Assembly (NCBI GenBank): GCA_905178155.1
Contig: CAJINV010000005.1
Location: forward strand, 4,873,369-4,937,368
Direction of reading: 5' to 3'
From: Amoebophrya sp. A120
Taxonomy: Eukaryota > Protista > Dinoflagellata
Length of the DNA: 64,000 bases
Positions within the stretch are counted from its first letter, which is position 1. Each line of letters starts with the position of its first letter. Positions 11,310-24,200 of the stretch are shown piece by piece. The notes under the pieces are model-generated. The model was given only the letters and a program-made list of their open reading frames with translations. It made no database searches and was not told the origin of the DNA. The translations under genes were made by a program, and so were the position numbers.

Positions 11310-14300
11310 TCACATCTCCCCATCTGACAGCAGCACCTCGCCCTCTATCATATGCAAATATGTCTAGGTCTGGAACTTGTCATGCAGATTTTACATGGCC
11401 CGCGACGTCTGTGATGTATTCCGTAGCATCATAGATTTTTAGAGGGCTTTCTGATGCCTACTCTGCATGACAAATGCCCTCCCCGCGTAGCACAAACTAG
11501 ACTCCTCTTGCTGGTCATGCAATACAGATTTTTTTAGAGTCCAAAGTTACCATCACAAGTTCCAACCTTCCAGACCCAGACATTTTTGCATTTGATACCC
11601 TCGCTCAAAGCGCAACTCTCCAAAACCCGCCGCTCTTCCTGTTTGAGTTTCTGCATGACAGATTTGTCTTCATCCTCCTCGGCCACAGTGGAAAGTAGTA
11701 CTTCCCCGAGGCTTTGGTTGTTCTGCCGGTTCGTCTTCAAGCCCCCTTCGTCGTCGTCCTCTGGTCGTGCGGTTACTGGCGGTTTCTGCGAAGGAGGATG
11801 AAAGCCAACTTTCGAAGCAGCCTCGCTTTCGACAGGACGAGCAGTGTCGTTTTTATTCTCGTTGTTCTGGTCAACATCTGCTGCATGGGAAGTCGAAGCG
11901 GAAACTGACATTTCGTCCTCCGCGTCAAAGGCCGCTCGGGCGGGGAAGAACGAGTTACTATTTAATATTCCGTATCTTGCTTTGTAGTGGTCAAAGACGA
12001 AACTTTGCGGATTCTGCTTTGCCTGCAGCTCCTTGTCACCGTACCTAGAGTTTTTTGTATAGGTGAAGTGAAGAATTTGCATTGCAGAAACACATTTTAA
12101 GTAGGTCATAATTGATGTTCCGTCTCGATTACAAAAAAAAAACCTTCAAGAATACATCAGAAAAGTACAGTAGCAACTCTGCAAATCGTCTCGTTTTCGC
12201 CTCGCTGTCCCGCTTGTCCCGCTGTTTCAGTTCCTGCTTGCTTTCCAAAAACTCGGTTTGTTTCTTCAGTTCTGAAGTTAGTGTTTCTTTTAACTCCTTT
12301 CTCAAATTCAGCACCACCGCGGTCAGTTCCTCCTTCATGGTGACCTTCAAATCCGTGGTTTTGTTCGAAAAATCCCGCTCCAATTTTTCGATCACAGAGT
12401 CAATTTTCAACTCGTAATTCTTCTGCTGCTCCAGCGTCTCATGGTACTGGGTCATGAGGACGTCTCGGTAAGGAGGAGGAGGGGGGTCTTCACTTTTGTC
12501 CTGTTGCGTCGCGAGTAGATGATCGCGTGTGGTGGAGGAAAAAAACGGAGGTGGCGGTAGAGTGACCTCTGCCTGCTGCTGCTTTTCTGAAACAGTGCGA
12601 GTTTCTGTACTAGTCCCGCCTGAGGCGACAGCTGCTGCTGGCGCATCAGAAATCTCTCCACCGCCCAGCTGCACAGGAGCCGGCGCAGCTCCCTCCACCT
12701 CCATGCTGGCAGAACCTGACTCTTGCGCCACAGAAACATTACCGGGCTTGTTGCTACTCTTGATGATGCTAGAGGGAAGATCACCAATGCTGTCGGTCCG
12801 GAACGTTTCTTCTGTCAGCACCTGTTGCAAAACTTCCCGGAACAAATCTCTTTGCTCCGCTGCTGAAAGAGACCGGGTCTGCCCTATTACAGTGAAAAAT
12901 GCCCCCTCCCCATATCAAAACGTAAATCTGCGATGCAGATTTGTGGCCACAAATCAGCTTTGTGATGCTAGAGGGCAAAAGATGCGGACTGTAGCGCTGT
13001 CTAGCGTGGGAAAGCCTTGCAGCTCCAGGATGACAGGAGGCAGCTGGAAGTGGGAAACCGCATGACAGATCATCTGCAATTTAGGCCGCAGCTTCGTCTC
13101 TTGGCCTTCTAGCAATACAAGTCGATTTGTGTACTCAAATGCAGCATCACAAATTCGCGCATCTTCCGTTTCCGATATGGGGTGGGGGCTTTTTTCACTT
13201 TGATATGCCCGTCCTTTTCTTCCGGGGATTGTTGTGCAGTCTGCGCCTTGATACCCTGCTCCTGCTTCGCAACAGCATCGATTTCGTTCCAGATCTCCGC
13301 GGGCTGCGGCGCTTTTGTCATGATCCCTTTCCTTTTCGAATTCATCGGAGTTGTAGATTTATTCTCGTGGTTCAGACACTCTAACAGCTTCAACTCCGTC
13401 ACGTAAACGCCGTGCGAGGTGTTCGAAATCACCGGCGGCGCGGAACCCGCTGCGGAGGTTGTCGTGGGGCGAGAATCTGTAGATCATGATTTATTTTTGA
13501 GCGATGTTTCTGCTTGTCGCAAATCATATTTCTTCAGAAGGTGCAACTGGTTGTATACGAACACAAAAAAACATCATAGCAGATTATTCAAAAGTGCATT
13601 TCAATACCTTGATAGTAGCCACCTGTAGCACCATTCCTGTCCACGAACTTCTGCACGAACGGTAGCACCGGCGCATGCTGCTGTGGCTGCTGCTGCTGTG
13701 GCAGAGCAAAGTTCGGTGAAGCAACCGCCCCGGCTTCTGCTGCAGAATCCATCCCGTAGAAATACCCGCCGTAAAAATCTGTCTGCACAGAATCCTGGGC
13801 ACTATCCCGGCCCCGCGGGGGGGCCACGTCCGGCGATCGCCGCGCATCATTATTCAAGTTTCGCGCCACGCCCGGCCCTCGTCCCGCATATTGTCGCGAC
13901 GGGCTAGCAGAACTACTACTCGTACCCACTGCGCGAGCTGCTCCTGCATCGCCTGCAAGCTGTGCTTGCTGCTGCCCCCGGAATAATGGTCCTCCTCTTC
14001 CGCCCGGACTGAAACTCCGGCTTTTCGTTTCCGAATACTGCGTCGCCGCGCGGAGCATCTCCCTGGTCTCCCCCACATCGGCGTCGGCGATGTTGTACTT
14101 TTTCTTCAATTTGGACGCAAAATTGTTGTATTCCTGTTCTTTATGCATTGCAAAAGTATCGTACTAGTATAGATTGCATCACAAATTTTTTCAAAAAGAA
14201 AAATAGAATTTGTAATGCTGATTCACCTAAAAATGGATATTTGTCATGCATGATAGCAATTACTACGAGTACGATACTTTTGCACAGGATATTCTTTGAA

Positions 14301-17300
14301 CTGCAGCAAAAGCTCTTCCGGGGTGGAATACTCGGTGGCGACACTGCTTTGCTGCATCTTTTCCTGCTGCGGTAAGAACCCAGAAGGACTGGCGGGTGTA
14401 AAAGAAGTTCCGCTCACCCTGCTGCTCCTTGCGCTGCCTTTCGCCGCGGCATGCTGTTGACCCCCTATGTGTGCAGCCGAGGTCGGCGGTGACCAAGCGG
14501 TTATCGACGCGACGCTCTTGCTATCCGATTTCGCAGACTGTGGCGGGCTGGAGAAGTAGTAGTAATTGTTGCGTGTTTTGTTCTGCTCTTCATTCAATTT
14601 CTCTGGCGGACTACTGGACGCTGCGCTGGCGAACCCGGCGATGTTATCAAAAGGAAAAACTCCCCCTCCCCATATTAAAACGGAAATCTGTGATGCAGAT
14701 TTGTTGTCACAAATCAGCTTTGTCATGCTACACGGGAAAAGATGCGGACTGTAGTGCTGGGTGGCGTGGGGAAGCCTTGCATCTTCAGCATGATAGGAGG
14801 CAGCTGAAAGTGGGAAACAGCATGACAAATTGCCTGCAAACGAGGCCACGACTGCGGCTCTTGGCCTTCTAGCATGACAAATCGATTTGTGACCTCAAAT
14901 ACAGCATCACAAATTTCGTTTTCGATATGGGGAGGGGGGATTTTTCCTTTCGATAGATGTCGTAATTCTCCTGGTCGTCGAGAAAGTTTTGGTTTTTGTT
15001 CAGAGGTATGAACTGCAAATATGTCTGGCTCTGGGAGATTCCGAGCCTTGTCATGCAGATTTTCCATGATCCATGTCGTCTGGAATTCAGCACCTAGCAC
15101 GACAGATTCTCTGAGATCCCTACCATGCCTATCCTGCATGAGAAACTCCCTGTCAACTTGATCGAAAGTGGACGTCTTTTGGCACTCATGCAACACAGAA
15201 TCTTGCATGCTTCAGACTTAGCATGACAAGTTGCAACCTTCCAGATCCAGACCCAGACATATTTGCAATCCATAAGAGACTGAAGCACCGTGGTCAAAGG
15301 TGACCGGGGCCGCTTGTTCGTGTTGTTATAGCCTTTGTTCAGCATTTCATGTCGTGGACTGCTGTTAAAACTGCTGTTAATTGCCGCGGTGCTCGCAGTA
15401 TGCATTGCAAATGTGTCTGGGTCTGGAAGATTGCTATAGCAGACTTGTGACGGCGCAGGTCTTGCATGACCCATACCGTCTGGCAAACAGGACCTAGCAT
15501 GACAGATTCTGTTTTTACATCTCTATCATACCTCTCCTGCATGACAAACTGCCTCTCAACTTGGGCAAAAATACACACCGTTTGGCAATCATGCAACACA
15601 GATTCTTGCACCATTCTAGACTTACCATGACAAGTTGCAGTGTTCAGGACCTTCTAGACATATTTGCACTTGATACGCATAGGCAGCTTGCTTCACTTTC
15701 CCAGAAGAAAACACTTCTTCCAGCTCCTGCATTCGTCTTCTCGCTTGTTCGATTTTCTTCACTTGCTCCTCTTTGGACAAAAGCTTGCTCGCGAAATCAT
15801 TTTTAGCGGTCTTCTTGTTGCTTTTCCCAAATTTCAAATTGTTGTTACTCCTGCCCTTCTTGTTCGCATTCAGCACTTCCTGCAGCGCCTCCTGGGCTAT
15901 TAAGAGGAAACATCCCCCCTCCCCATATCGAAAAGGTATGCTTGCGAAAATTTGTGTTGCTGATTTGAGACCACTAATCACGTCTGTCTTGCAAGAAGGC
16001 AACTCCACAAGCTCCGCAGCATTGTGCAGGCGGTTTGTGATGCTCATGGGCCTACATCACGGACTTTTCTCATGCTAGACCCCTAGGCCAAAACCTCTCT
16101 ACTTAGGCTTAGTATGGGCCTGCATTCCTCTCCAGCAACACAAATCTGACTTGTGTACGCAAATCCTGCATCAGAAACTTCGTTTGGATATGGGGAGAGG
16201 GGATTTTTCCTTCTGATATGCGCTTTCTTCGCTTCGAGCCTCAGTTTTTCCAATTCCATTTCCCGTTTTTCGTTTTCAATCTTCTCCCGTTCCTCCACCA
16301 ACTGCGCAAGCATGGTTTCCTCTTTCGCCTCTTCACAGATCAGCTCGCCCTATCAACTGCAAATATGTCTGGGTCATCTGGAAGATTTCTCATGCAAGTC
16401 TGGTATGACTCTGAGCTCTGTATTGCGTAGCCGCAAAGACGAGCTCCTCCTTTATGTCTTGCAAAAACGTAGTTTCTCATGCGGAGTACGCAACTCAGAA
16501 CCACGGAAAAACTTGTCATGCTGTGCAACGCATTACAGTGTGCTCACTATTTTCCCCGTGCTTGCATCACAAGTTTCCAGACATCCACGGGAGATATTTG
16601 CATTTGATACGCCCTCGGTCGTGTTCAGCAGCAAGTCGTCATTGTCGTATTCGTCGGGCTCTTTTCTGTCAAAGCTGAAGGGTTATCCTGAGTAAAAACG
16701 TACCCACACCAGAGTCAGGATGGGGAATCTGCTAGACAAATCAGCCAGCTTTGGTTGTTTGGCATGACAAGTTTGTCCGCGTAGTGTAGTGCTGTTTGAG
16801 CTAGTTTAGCAGCATTACAGATCTAGTATCTCGTGCTGATTGGAGCATGACAAATTTCAAAACCACACTAGAAAATGCTTCTCATGGGGCTCCGCATGAG
16901 AAACATTTTAAGCATGCAGAGTTGCATGACAACTATGGTGTGGGTACGTATTTACTCAGGATAAGGGCTTCGGCTTAGTCACCGGGGCGGGTTGGATGTT
17001 TGGGTTGTCGGTGTTGGGCGGGACAAGATTTGGATGCAGCTTGTCCCGTATTCTCGTCGCCATGTTGTTTCGGCGGGCAGTGGAGCTGTTGTTATTCGAG
17101 CTGGATTGTAGTTTGCCAGCAGTCTGTCTTGCGGGTGCTGCTGGGGCAATTTTTCCACCACCAATATTCGCCATGTCCTCCCTCCGGATGATTTCCGTTC
17201 GCGTTTCCTGCTTCAGATGCGCGGGCTTGGTTGTGGACATCACGACATTGGTACTGTTTGATGTAGTTCCGACACCACCAACATTACCGCCGCCGCGTGG

Positions 17301-20300
17301 AGTTGTACGTGAGTTCGAATTTGTATTGGCACTACCAACTCCATGCGACGAGGACGATTTCAGCACCGTTTTGTTGTAATTCCGCTGCACGATTTCCGGA
17401 TCATTTTGCACCGAATGTTGGAAGTTCGTCTCTGCGAAATTCGGTAAATCAACCCCGGTTGTAACAGCTCTACTCTGATGTCCGCCTCCTCGTTGTTCCC
17501 GTCTTGACGTCGAAGACGAGCTCCCGCCGATTTGTTCTTTCTGCGCGCCCAAAATTTTTTCCCTGTTCAATTCATACCGCATCCGCCGGTCTTCTACGCG
17601 TTCTAGGAGGTCGGGTGAGGTGGAGGTAGTCCCCGCGGCCGACGTGGAGGTTTTCGTGCGTTTTTTCATTGCACCACTAGCACCCTGCGTCGCTGTTCCA
17701 GAGCCGGAACCTACACCGCCGTTCTTATTCCCAGCGCTAGAAGCGGAGGACGATGATGTCCAGGTTAAACATTCCTTCGTGTATGAACTGCAAAAGTATC
17801 GTACTAGTTCTAGTATAAATTGCATTACAAATTCACTTAGCATTACAAATCAAATTTGTAATGCGGATTTGCATAAATGCAATTAGTACGAGTACGATAC
17901 TTTTGCACAGGATATCGTGTTTAACTTCCCGATTTCCGATTTCAAATTCTGGTAAAACGTCAGCCTCTCCGGATTTGCGGAAGCGGTTGCGGTGGAAGCA
18001 CTTTTGTCACTTGTCATGCCAACGCCAGCTGTGAAGTTCGTTGGGTCTTTATCGCATCTATCCTGTGCAAAAGTGGTACAGCACTCGTAGTATTGCAATA
18101 CGAATTCGCTCAACACGACATAAGAAACTTGTCGTGCTGGTTTGCAAAATTGCGAATACTACGAGTACGATATTTTTGCACATGATAGCGTCCGCCGCTC
18201 GCCGTGCTTTCATACGACATCACGCTGGCTTTCGAGGATTTTGCGGAGTAAAAACTGAAAACATTCTGACCTGCAGCAGTTCCTGTTCCTTCGTCCCGCT
18301 GACCCCGCTCCTCGTCCTTCGTCTCCGCGTGGTCGGTGTCGAACAGATTCGTGGTGTTGAGATTGTTGTTGCGATAATTCTCATCTCCGTGACGATCCTG
18401 TTCCCTCGTCGTTGATTCCTTCGAACTTGGAAAAAGTCTGGACGCGAGGGACTCGAATACCGTGTTCTCTAGGAACGGCTTTTTCGAGTCAGAAGCGGAT
18501 GCTGTTGTTGTGTCTAGTCCACCTTTATTCATTCCTGCGTGTTGTGACGAATTCTGATTTTTCTCCCTTTGCTTGTCGCTCACCTCCTTCCGAAACTGGC
18601 TGCTCCCATCGGCCATCTGCTTCTGAACGATTTTTTGGGATTCTTTACTCAAACCGGATTTTGGTGCGGGGATCAGGGACGGCTTGTTCGCAGACGCAGC
18701 GCTGTGCCCTCTCCCATGCGATCCGTGCGAAGATCCCGGTCTTGACGAAGAGGACGCATATTTGCCTTGCTTTATTCCGGACGACGGTCGTGAGCTTGCG
18801 GATGCACCTGAATTCACTTGTTTTTCGCTGACACAGCATATGGAATAATTCGTGCTGCACTTACTATGCAGAAAAACCTCCCCAATGATAGATTGTGACT
18901 TCGACGCCAAAATTTAGATTTTCCCACTTCCGAAACCCTAATGCAAAAATCCTTCCTACCTCGCCCATGTCTGCTGCCCTGCAGGTGCTCCCCACCGGTT
19001 CTGCCAGCACTACTCACAGCTGCGTCGAGGGTCGCCAAATTTTTCGGCTCGGAATTGGCTCCACCTCCATTCTATGAAATGCAAAAGCAGCGTACTAGTA
19101 GAAATCGCATTACAAATTTTCTCACCAATAGAAATGGAATTTGTAATGCGGAATTACCTTGATAAAAAAATTTGTAATGCATGAATGCAATCACTACGAG
19201 TACGATACTTTTGCACAGCATACATTCGCCCCCGCGATCTTCGACATGAGATGCCCGAGCTCCTCCTTCGAATTGGCGACTTGCTCGGCGAGTTCCCGTT
19301 TGGAATTTTCTAATTCCACCTTCACCTCCTCGTGCACTATGGAAGCGTCAGGTTTGAAATCGTCAAAGTTGAAATAATTTGTAATGCATAAAATGCGTGA
19401 CCTGAGGCACGTGTGTTGCAGAGCAGGCAAGTGAGGCCGATTGTAAGCCTGTTTGGGGTTACATCTCGAGCTGCTAAAGTAGCATAAGAAAATCGCTCTT
19501 CTTTGCCTAAACAGCATGACAAAGTGGATTTAGGGACCACCGAAATTTGTCTTGCGCCGCTTACAAATTGGGTCACAATCTTTCATCCATTTTATGCATG
19601 ACAAATTATTTCAACTTTGGCGATTTCAAACCTGACGCTTCCATATGCACTTGGCTGTTATTAAACGCGTTCATGATCAGCTCCTGGCGGTGAAAGTGAC
19701 CTTTCTGCGGATCGTTCGCACCAGGACCCAAGCTTGTCAAATCAGTTTCTACTGCGCCATTATACCCCGCTGGTGCTGATGTCAACATCTGCGAATTACA
19801 ACTATACGGGTTGTAGTTTGATGGACCACCAGAGGATGCAGCTCCTGCTCGTCCGCTCGCAGTACTATTCTTATTCGAATTACTGATCACCGCCCCCGCG
19901 GTGTATTGCATGGCCTGGGCAACTTGCTGCAGCGTCTCCGTCAATCTCCGCTGTTGCTCGTTCTGCAAGCTGATTTGCCCCTCCAGCAACCGCGCTTGCC
20001 GCTCCAGGTAGAGTCTTTGCCACATGCCTTCGAACACCTGAGGCTTATGGATCTGTCAGATTCGAAATCGACAAAGTTGAAATAATTTCTGATGCATAAA
20101 TTGCAAGGCATGAAGTGCCTCTCTTGCAGGGATGGCAAGCGAAACCGACTGTAGGCCTGTTTGGGGTCTGCGATAGAGCTGCTAAAGTAGCATGACAAAA
20201 GACGCCCTCTGTCCCTCAACAGCATGACAGACTCGATTTAGACAGTGCCGAAATTTGTCATGCGCCGCTTGGAAATTGGGTTTCCAACTGGTATCGATTT

Positions 20301-20707
20301 CATGCATTACAAGTTCTTTCAACTTTGTCGATTTCGATCCTGACACATCCATAAGGGTTTTCCTTTGCGTACTGCTGCGCGTCGGAGGCGAAGGAACCTG
20401 CATTTTTGTATGCTGAGTACATGTTGTTCTACTCCCAAAGAACGCATGCGAAATGAGGTTTGCAATGTGAGATCATATCGCATGACAAAAAGCGCCCAGT
20501 AAGAAGATCTTCCCATTTATCTTCTATACCTTCCACATCTTCGTCGAAAAGGACCCGGGTCGTGTTATTTTTCAATTCGTCCTCGGGCGTTTTCGATACC
20601 ATCACATCGTCGTCGTCCTTCGTGACGATCAAGGGGTCGCCCGCCTCGATGATCGGCACCTGCTCCGTGTCGAGCTCAATCATGGATTCTTTACTGATCT
20701 TCAACAT
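11310..20707 (-). CDS. Large coiled-coil/low-complexity protein of unknown function, ending LSEGEVLLSDGEM*
   Basis: One reading frame traced through 14 introners (each removed plus 5 nt) and about 4 canonical-type introns (e.g. 18808-18959, 13477-13607). The first intron boundary near 20400-20495 is uncertain. Confidence 0.7.
11346..11597. mobile_element. Introner family A
   Basis: TIRs; TSD CCCTC. Confidence 0.95.
12885..13205. mobile_element. Introner family D
   Basis: TIRs; TSD TGCCC. Confidence 0.95.
14142..14291. mobile_element. Introner family C
   Basis: TIRs; TSD TTCTT. Confidence 0.95.
14645..14955. mobile_element. Introner family D
   Basis: TIRs; TSD GATGT. Confidence 0.95.
15007..15274. 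mobile_element. Introner family A
   Basis: TIRs; TSD AGAGG/AGAGA. Confidence 0.93.
15399..15675. mobile_element. Introner family A
   Basis: TIRs; TSD CGCAG/CGCAT. Confidence 0.93.
15898..16218. mobile_element. Introner family D
   Basis: TIRs; TSD TGGGC/TGCGC. Confidence 0.93.
16351..16609. mobile_element. Introner family A
   Basis: TIRs; TSD CGCCC. Confidence 0.93.
16684..16963. mobile_element. Introner family B
   Basis: TIRs; TSD AGGGT/AGGGC. Confidence 0.95.
17782..17914. mobile_element. Introner family C
   Basis: TIRs; TSD TCGTG. Confidence 0.95.
18059..18187. mobile_element. Introner family C
   Basis: TIRs; TSD GCATC/GCGTC. Confidence 0.9.
19073..19222. mobile_element. Introner family C
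   Basis: TIRs; TSD CATTC. Confidence 0.95.
19338..19645. mobile_element. Introner family E (near-perfect ~58-bp TIR)
   Basis: TATGGAAGCGTCAGGTTTGAAATCG...; TSD TGCAC. Confidence 0.97.
20046..20353. mobile_element. Introner family E
   Basis: TIRs; 308 bp; TSD AGGCT/AGGGT. Confidence 0.95.
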
Positions 20708-21258
20708 TTTTGGTATTGTGCTTATGGCGGGTACAGGGCGGGACTGAGAACTTCTTCTACCGATGCGATGGGTTAATAATAGCGCGAATTCGACTATACA
20801 TATGGAAGTTTCCAACTTCTTCCGTACGTGCGTGCTCCTTGCAAACAAGCAGCGCAGAAACGCGGTAGGTGAATAAGAGACACTACACAAACTGAAGCGC
20901 TTTCTGTTGCAAACTTCAGTCTTCACTCACGTCGAACAAATTTTGTCGGCTTCTTTGAGAGAAAGAGAGCAAGTCCTTCCGGTCACACAAGAAAACGGCA
21001 GCTTTGCTCATCTCACATCAAAACTTCTTTTGATGCTAGAACACAAACGACGAGTAGGACCACCACGGGAAAACTGTTTTGTACGAAGATTTCAGGGTGG
21101 TCGTGAATACAGGCACATAGTAATCATATTGACCACTGTGCCGACGAAATGAAAGCTGAGCGGGTGCAGAAACGCCAATAATGTAAAAAGAAGCTTTGCT
21201 TGTTTTGAATATAGACGTTGCAAAAGTTGTATCTTCGAGAACTTCCGTTCATTATTCG

Positions 21259-24200
21259 TCACCTTTTCGGCTGCTGTGGACTACTACTACTGCTATTTTT
21301 CGTGCTTCTATTGGAGGTTGCACTAGGTTTCTGGTACGGCCCCGCACTGGCAGCACTCGAACTACTTACTCCCGCAGCGGAGGTGCCCGCTGAGTTCCTG
21401 TTCTCAATGCACCCATCGAGCGATATCGCTTCCAGGATCCTTACCCTTGTGTCCTGCTGGTACGCAACAGCCGCGGTGTTCGTACTGAAATCCGGGGCAA
21501 CCATCGTGTCCTGCATGGTTACATCGGCCGGAGGCTCATCGTTCTCGTTCAGATTTATCTCGTCCACCCGATTTGCCTTCTCCGCAGATGACGTCGTCGG
21601 AGAGGACGAACTCACAACAGACCGCTTCCCGTCGTCGCTGCCGAGCGCGAAGGAAGACAAAGTGGACAGCTGCGCGATGGAATTCTTATCCTCGTCTTCC
21701 GCGACAAGCGAAACCGAATCCGCGTTGGAGTTCGTTCTCGGCGGCTGACTCAGAGTGGTGACGGAGGAGGAGGAACTCGGAGAAGTTCTCGCGTTATTTG
21801 TACTGCTAATACCTTTAGTACCTGGGGAAGAACGACTCGGGCTTCCTCTCGGGTTCGAAGAGGTGGAAGCTTGTGCAGCAGCAGCGGTTCCGGGGACTAC
21901 CAGCAATTCCGCAACGGATTCCGCGCCGGGCGGGGGCTGGTACCGCGGGACGTGTTCGGAGGTGGAGCATGTTGAACCTTCCGGGTTATCTGATGTCAGT
22001 CTCAAATCACCACTACTGCTACCATTGCTCTCGTCCCGGTCCGCCCCTCGGGTCACCTTGCAGTGAATAAAAACCACCCCGAACAGGCCGATCACGCACA
22101 AAACCGTGAAAAACAATTGGCTCATGAAGTAATTGTTTCCCGTCGCGTCCACCAAGTGTCCGTACACGATATTTCCGAAAAACAGCCACAGGGACTGCTG
22201 CATGTAGCACCCCCCCACGTGCAAAACTTCCAAATCCTTGTTTTTGCACACGTGGGGCACCAGGGTCCAGAGCGGCACGACGCAGCAGCCGAAACCAATG
22301 CCGAGAATCACGCAGCAGACCCACGGCGGAATTTGGAGAAGCGCGTTGTGGATGGAGGAGGTCGTGAGGGTTGAGTTTGTTTGGAAGGAACTCAACATTG
22401 TTGTCCCAAAAAAGCTGCTGCTGGTACTGCCACTGCTGTTTTCAACATTATCCTCGAAGAAGTTGTTATTTGTCCAGGAGACGTCGGCGCTATTGTACTG
22501 AAACGCAGCAGAATCGTTGTACTCTGTGTCGTAGGCCTTCAAAGTGATCAGGCCCTGACCGATGAAGAGCAGCACGAACGCGAAGCAAGCAAACCGGATC
22601 AAGCGTTGAAAAGTGTGGAGCAGCGGGGCCAGGAAGAGGGAGACAACGGAGATTCCGGGAATCAGCGCGATCGCGGAACCGGCGACGCTGTTTGGTTTTT
22701 CGTTTGGTGTTTTTGCATGACAGATTCTACTTTCGTGCTTGCTTTCTTGCATGACAAACTAGTTTTGGACAACTGACAACCAAAATAGTAGATTTTACCT
22801 CTCCGACACCCCCGCGACCCTTTGCAACGTCAGACAGCCGTTGTACTCGAAAACGAACACCACTGTGTATAGCAGCCCGATTAGCGCTTGGTGGATGAAA
22901 CACAAGGCGGTCAAATCTTTCAGCCCCGGCTTGCCATTCCCGTCACTGCCATACTTCCCGCCGCCCCCGCTCGCGGCTAGCAGCGGCCGGATCTTTCGGG
23001 AAATCTCCGTCCCGCTATACAGGTACGCGAAGGACAGGTAGCAGCACCCGGACACGCAGACGAAGACGAAGGAAAATTTCATATCCTGAGTAAAAATGTC
23101 CCCACACCAGAGTCAAACTGGGAAATCCGCTAGACAAATCAACCAGCTTTGGTTGTTTCGCATGACAAATTTGTCCTCGTAGTGTAGTCCTGTTCTAGGT
23201 AGGTCAGCAGCATCACAGATCTAGCATGTAATGCTGATTGTAGCATCATAACTTCCGAAACACGACTAGAAAATGCTTCACATGGGGCTCCGCATGAGAA
23301 ACTTTTTTGGTATGCAGATTTGCATGACAAATCTGGGGTGGGGGCATTTTTCCTCGCGATATTTCAGCGCCTTCAAAAACGCCGGGTTGTTGGTGTGTAT
23401 GTCCGCATCTGGGTCGGCGAAGTACTGCTTCAAAGGGTCGGCCAAGATGTAGCCCATGGTCCCGCCGATCCGGCACGCCGCCAACACTCCCGCCTGCGCG
23501 ATCGCGGCGTACTTTTTGCTGAAGAGCAGAAACACGACCACCACCTGCACCACCCCGGTGGTGCAAATCCCCGCCCAGAACAGGACCCGGCCGAGGATGG
23601 AGAGGAAGTACACCTCATACTGGATGGCGGCGATTAGTAGGAAGGACCCGAGACAGACCATGGACCCGAAGAGGAGACAGGATTTCGAAATGCCCCAGTT
23701 CCGCACGAGAAACCCCGCCGGGCCGGAGAGCACCGCGGAAAGCGAGCCCGTGGCGAGATATCAAAATGAAAAATCCCCCCTCCCCATATCAAAACGGAAA
23801 TTTGTGATGCTGATTTTTTTTTTTTTTATGGCGGCAGTTTGTTTTGGCTACTAAACTTGCGATGAATCTCATTCCTAGTTTTCATTTTGACCTTAATGCT
23901 GCCGCGGTGCTCACGTCGACCGATATGCAAACAGGTGCCGAGGCCTGTTTGCATGCGATCTAGTGAAGGTATATTGGGCGTTCCCGTCTGCCTTACCACG
24001 TCGCCCGGGCTTGCAGGGTTGGGATTTTCCTGCCGGATGTTCAACGACATCTACGTGGCTAGTCATGATCCCTCTCCCTGTTGCGACCTGCTTTTTTGTT
24101 TGGTTGAAAAAATCCAAAAAATGCAAGGTTGAAAAAAAAACAAAGGCCGCGGTCTGTATTTGTTGAAAGATAGGAGGGAAACCCACCACGTAAGCAGGAG

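Noticed and set aside
11310-11345. Assigning the large coiled-coil gene to TALPID3 or another centriolar family from its SEGE motif
   Set aside because: The motif is too short to support a gene symbol.
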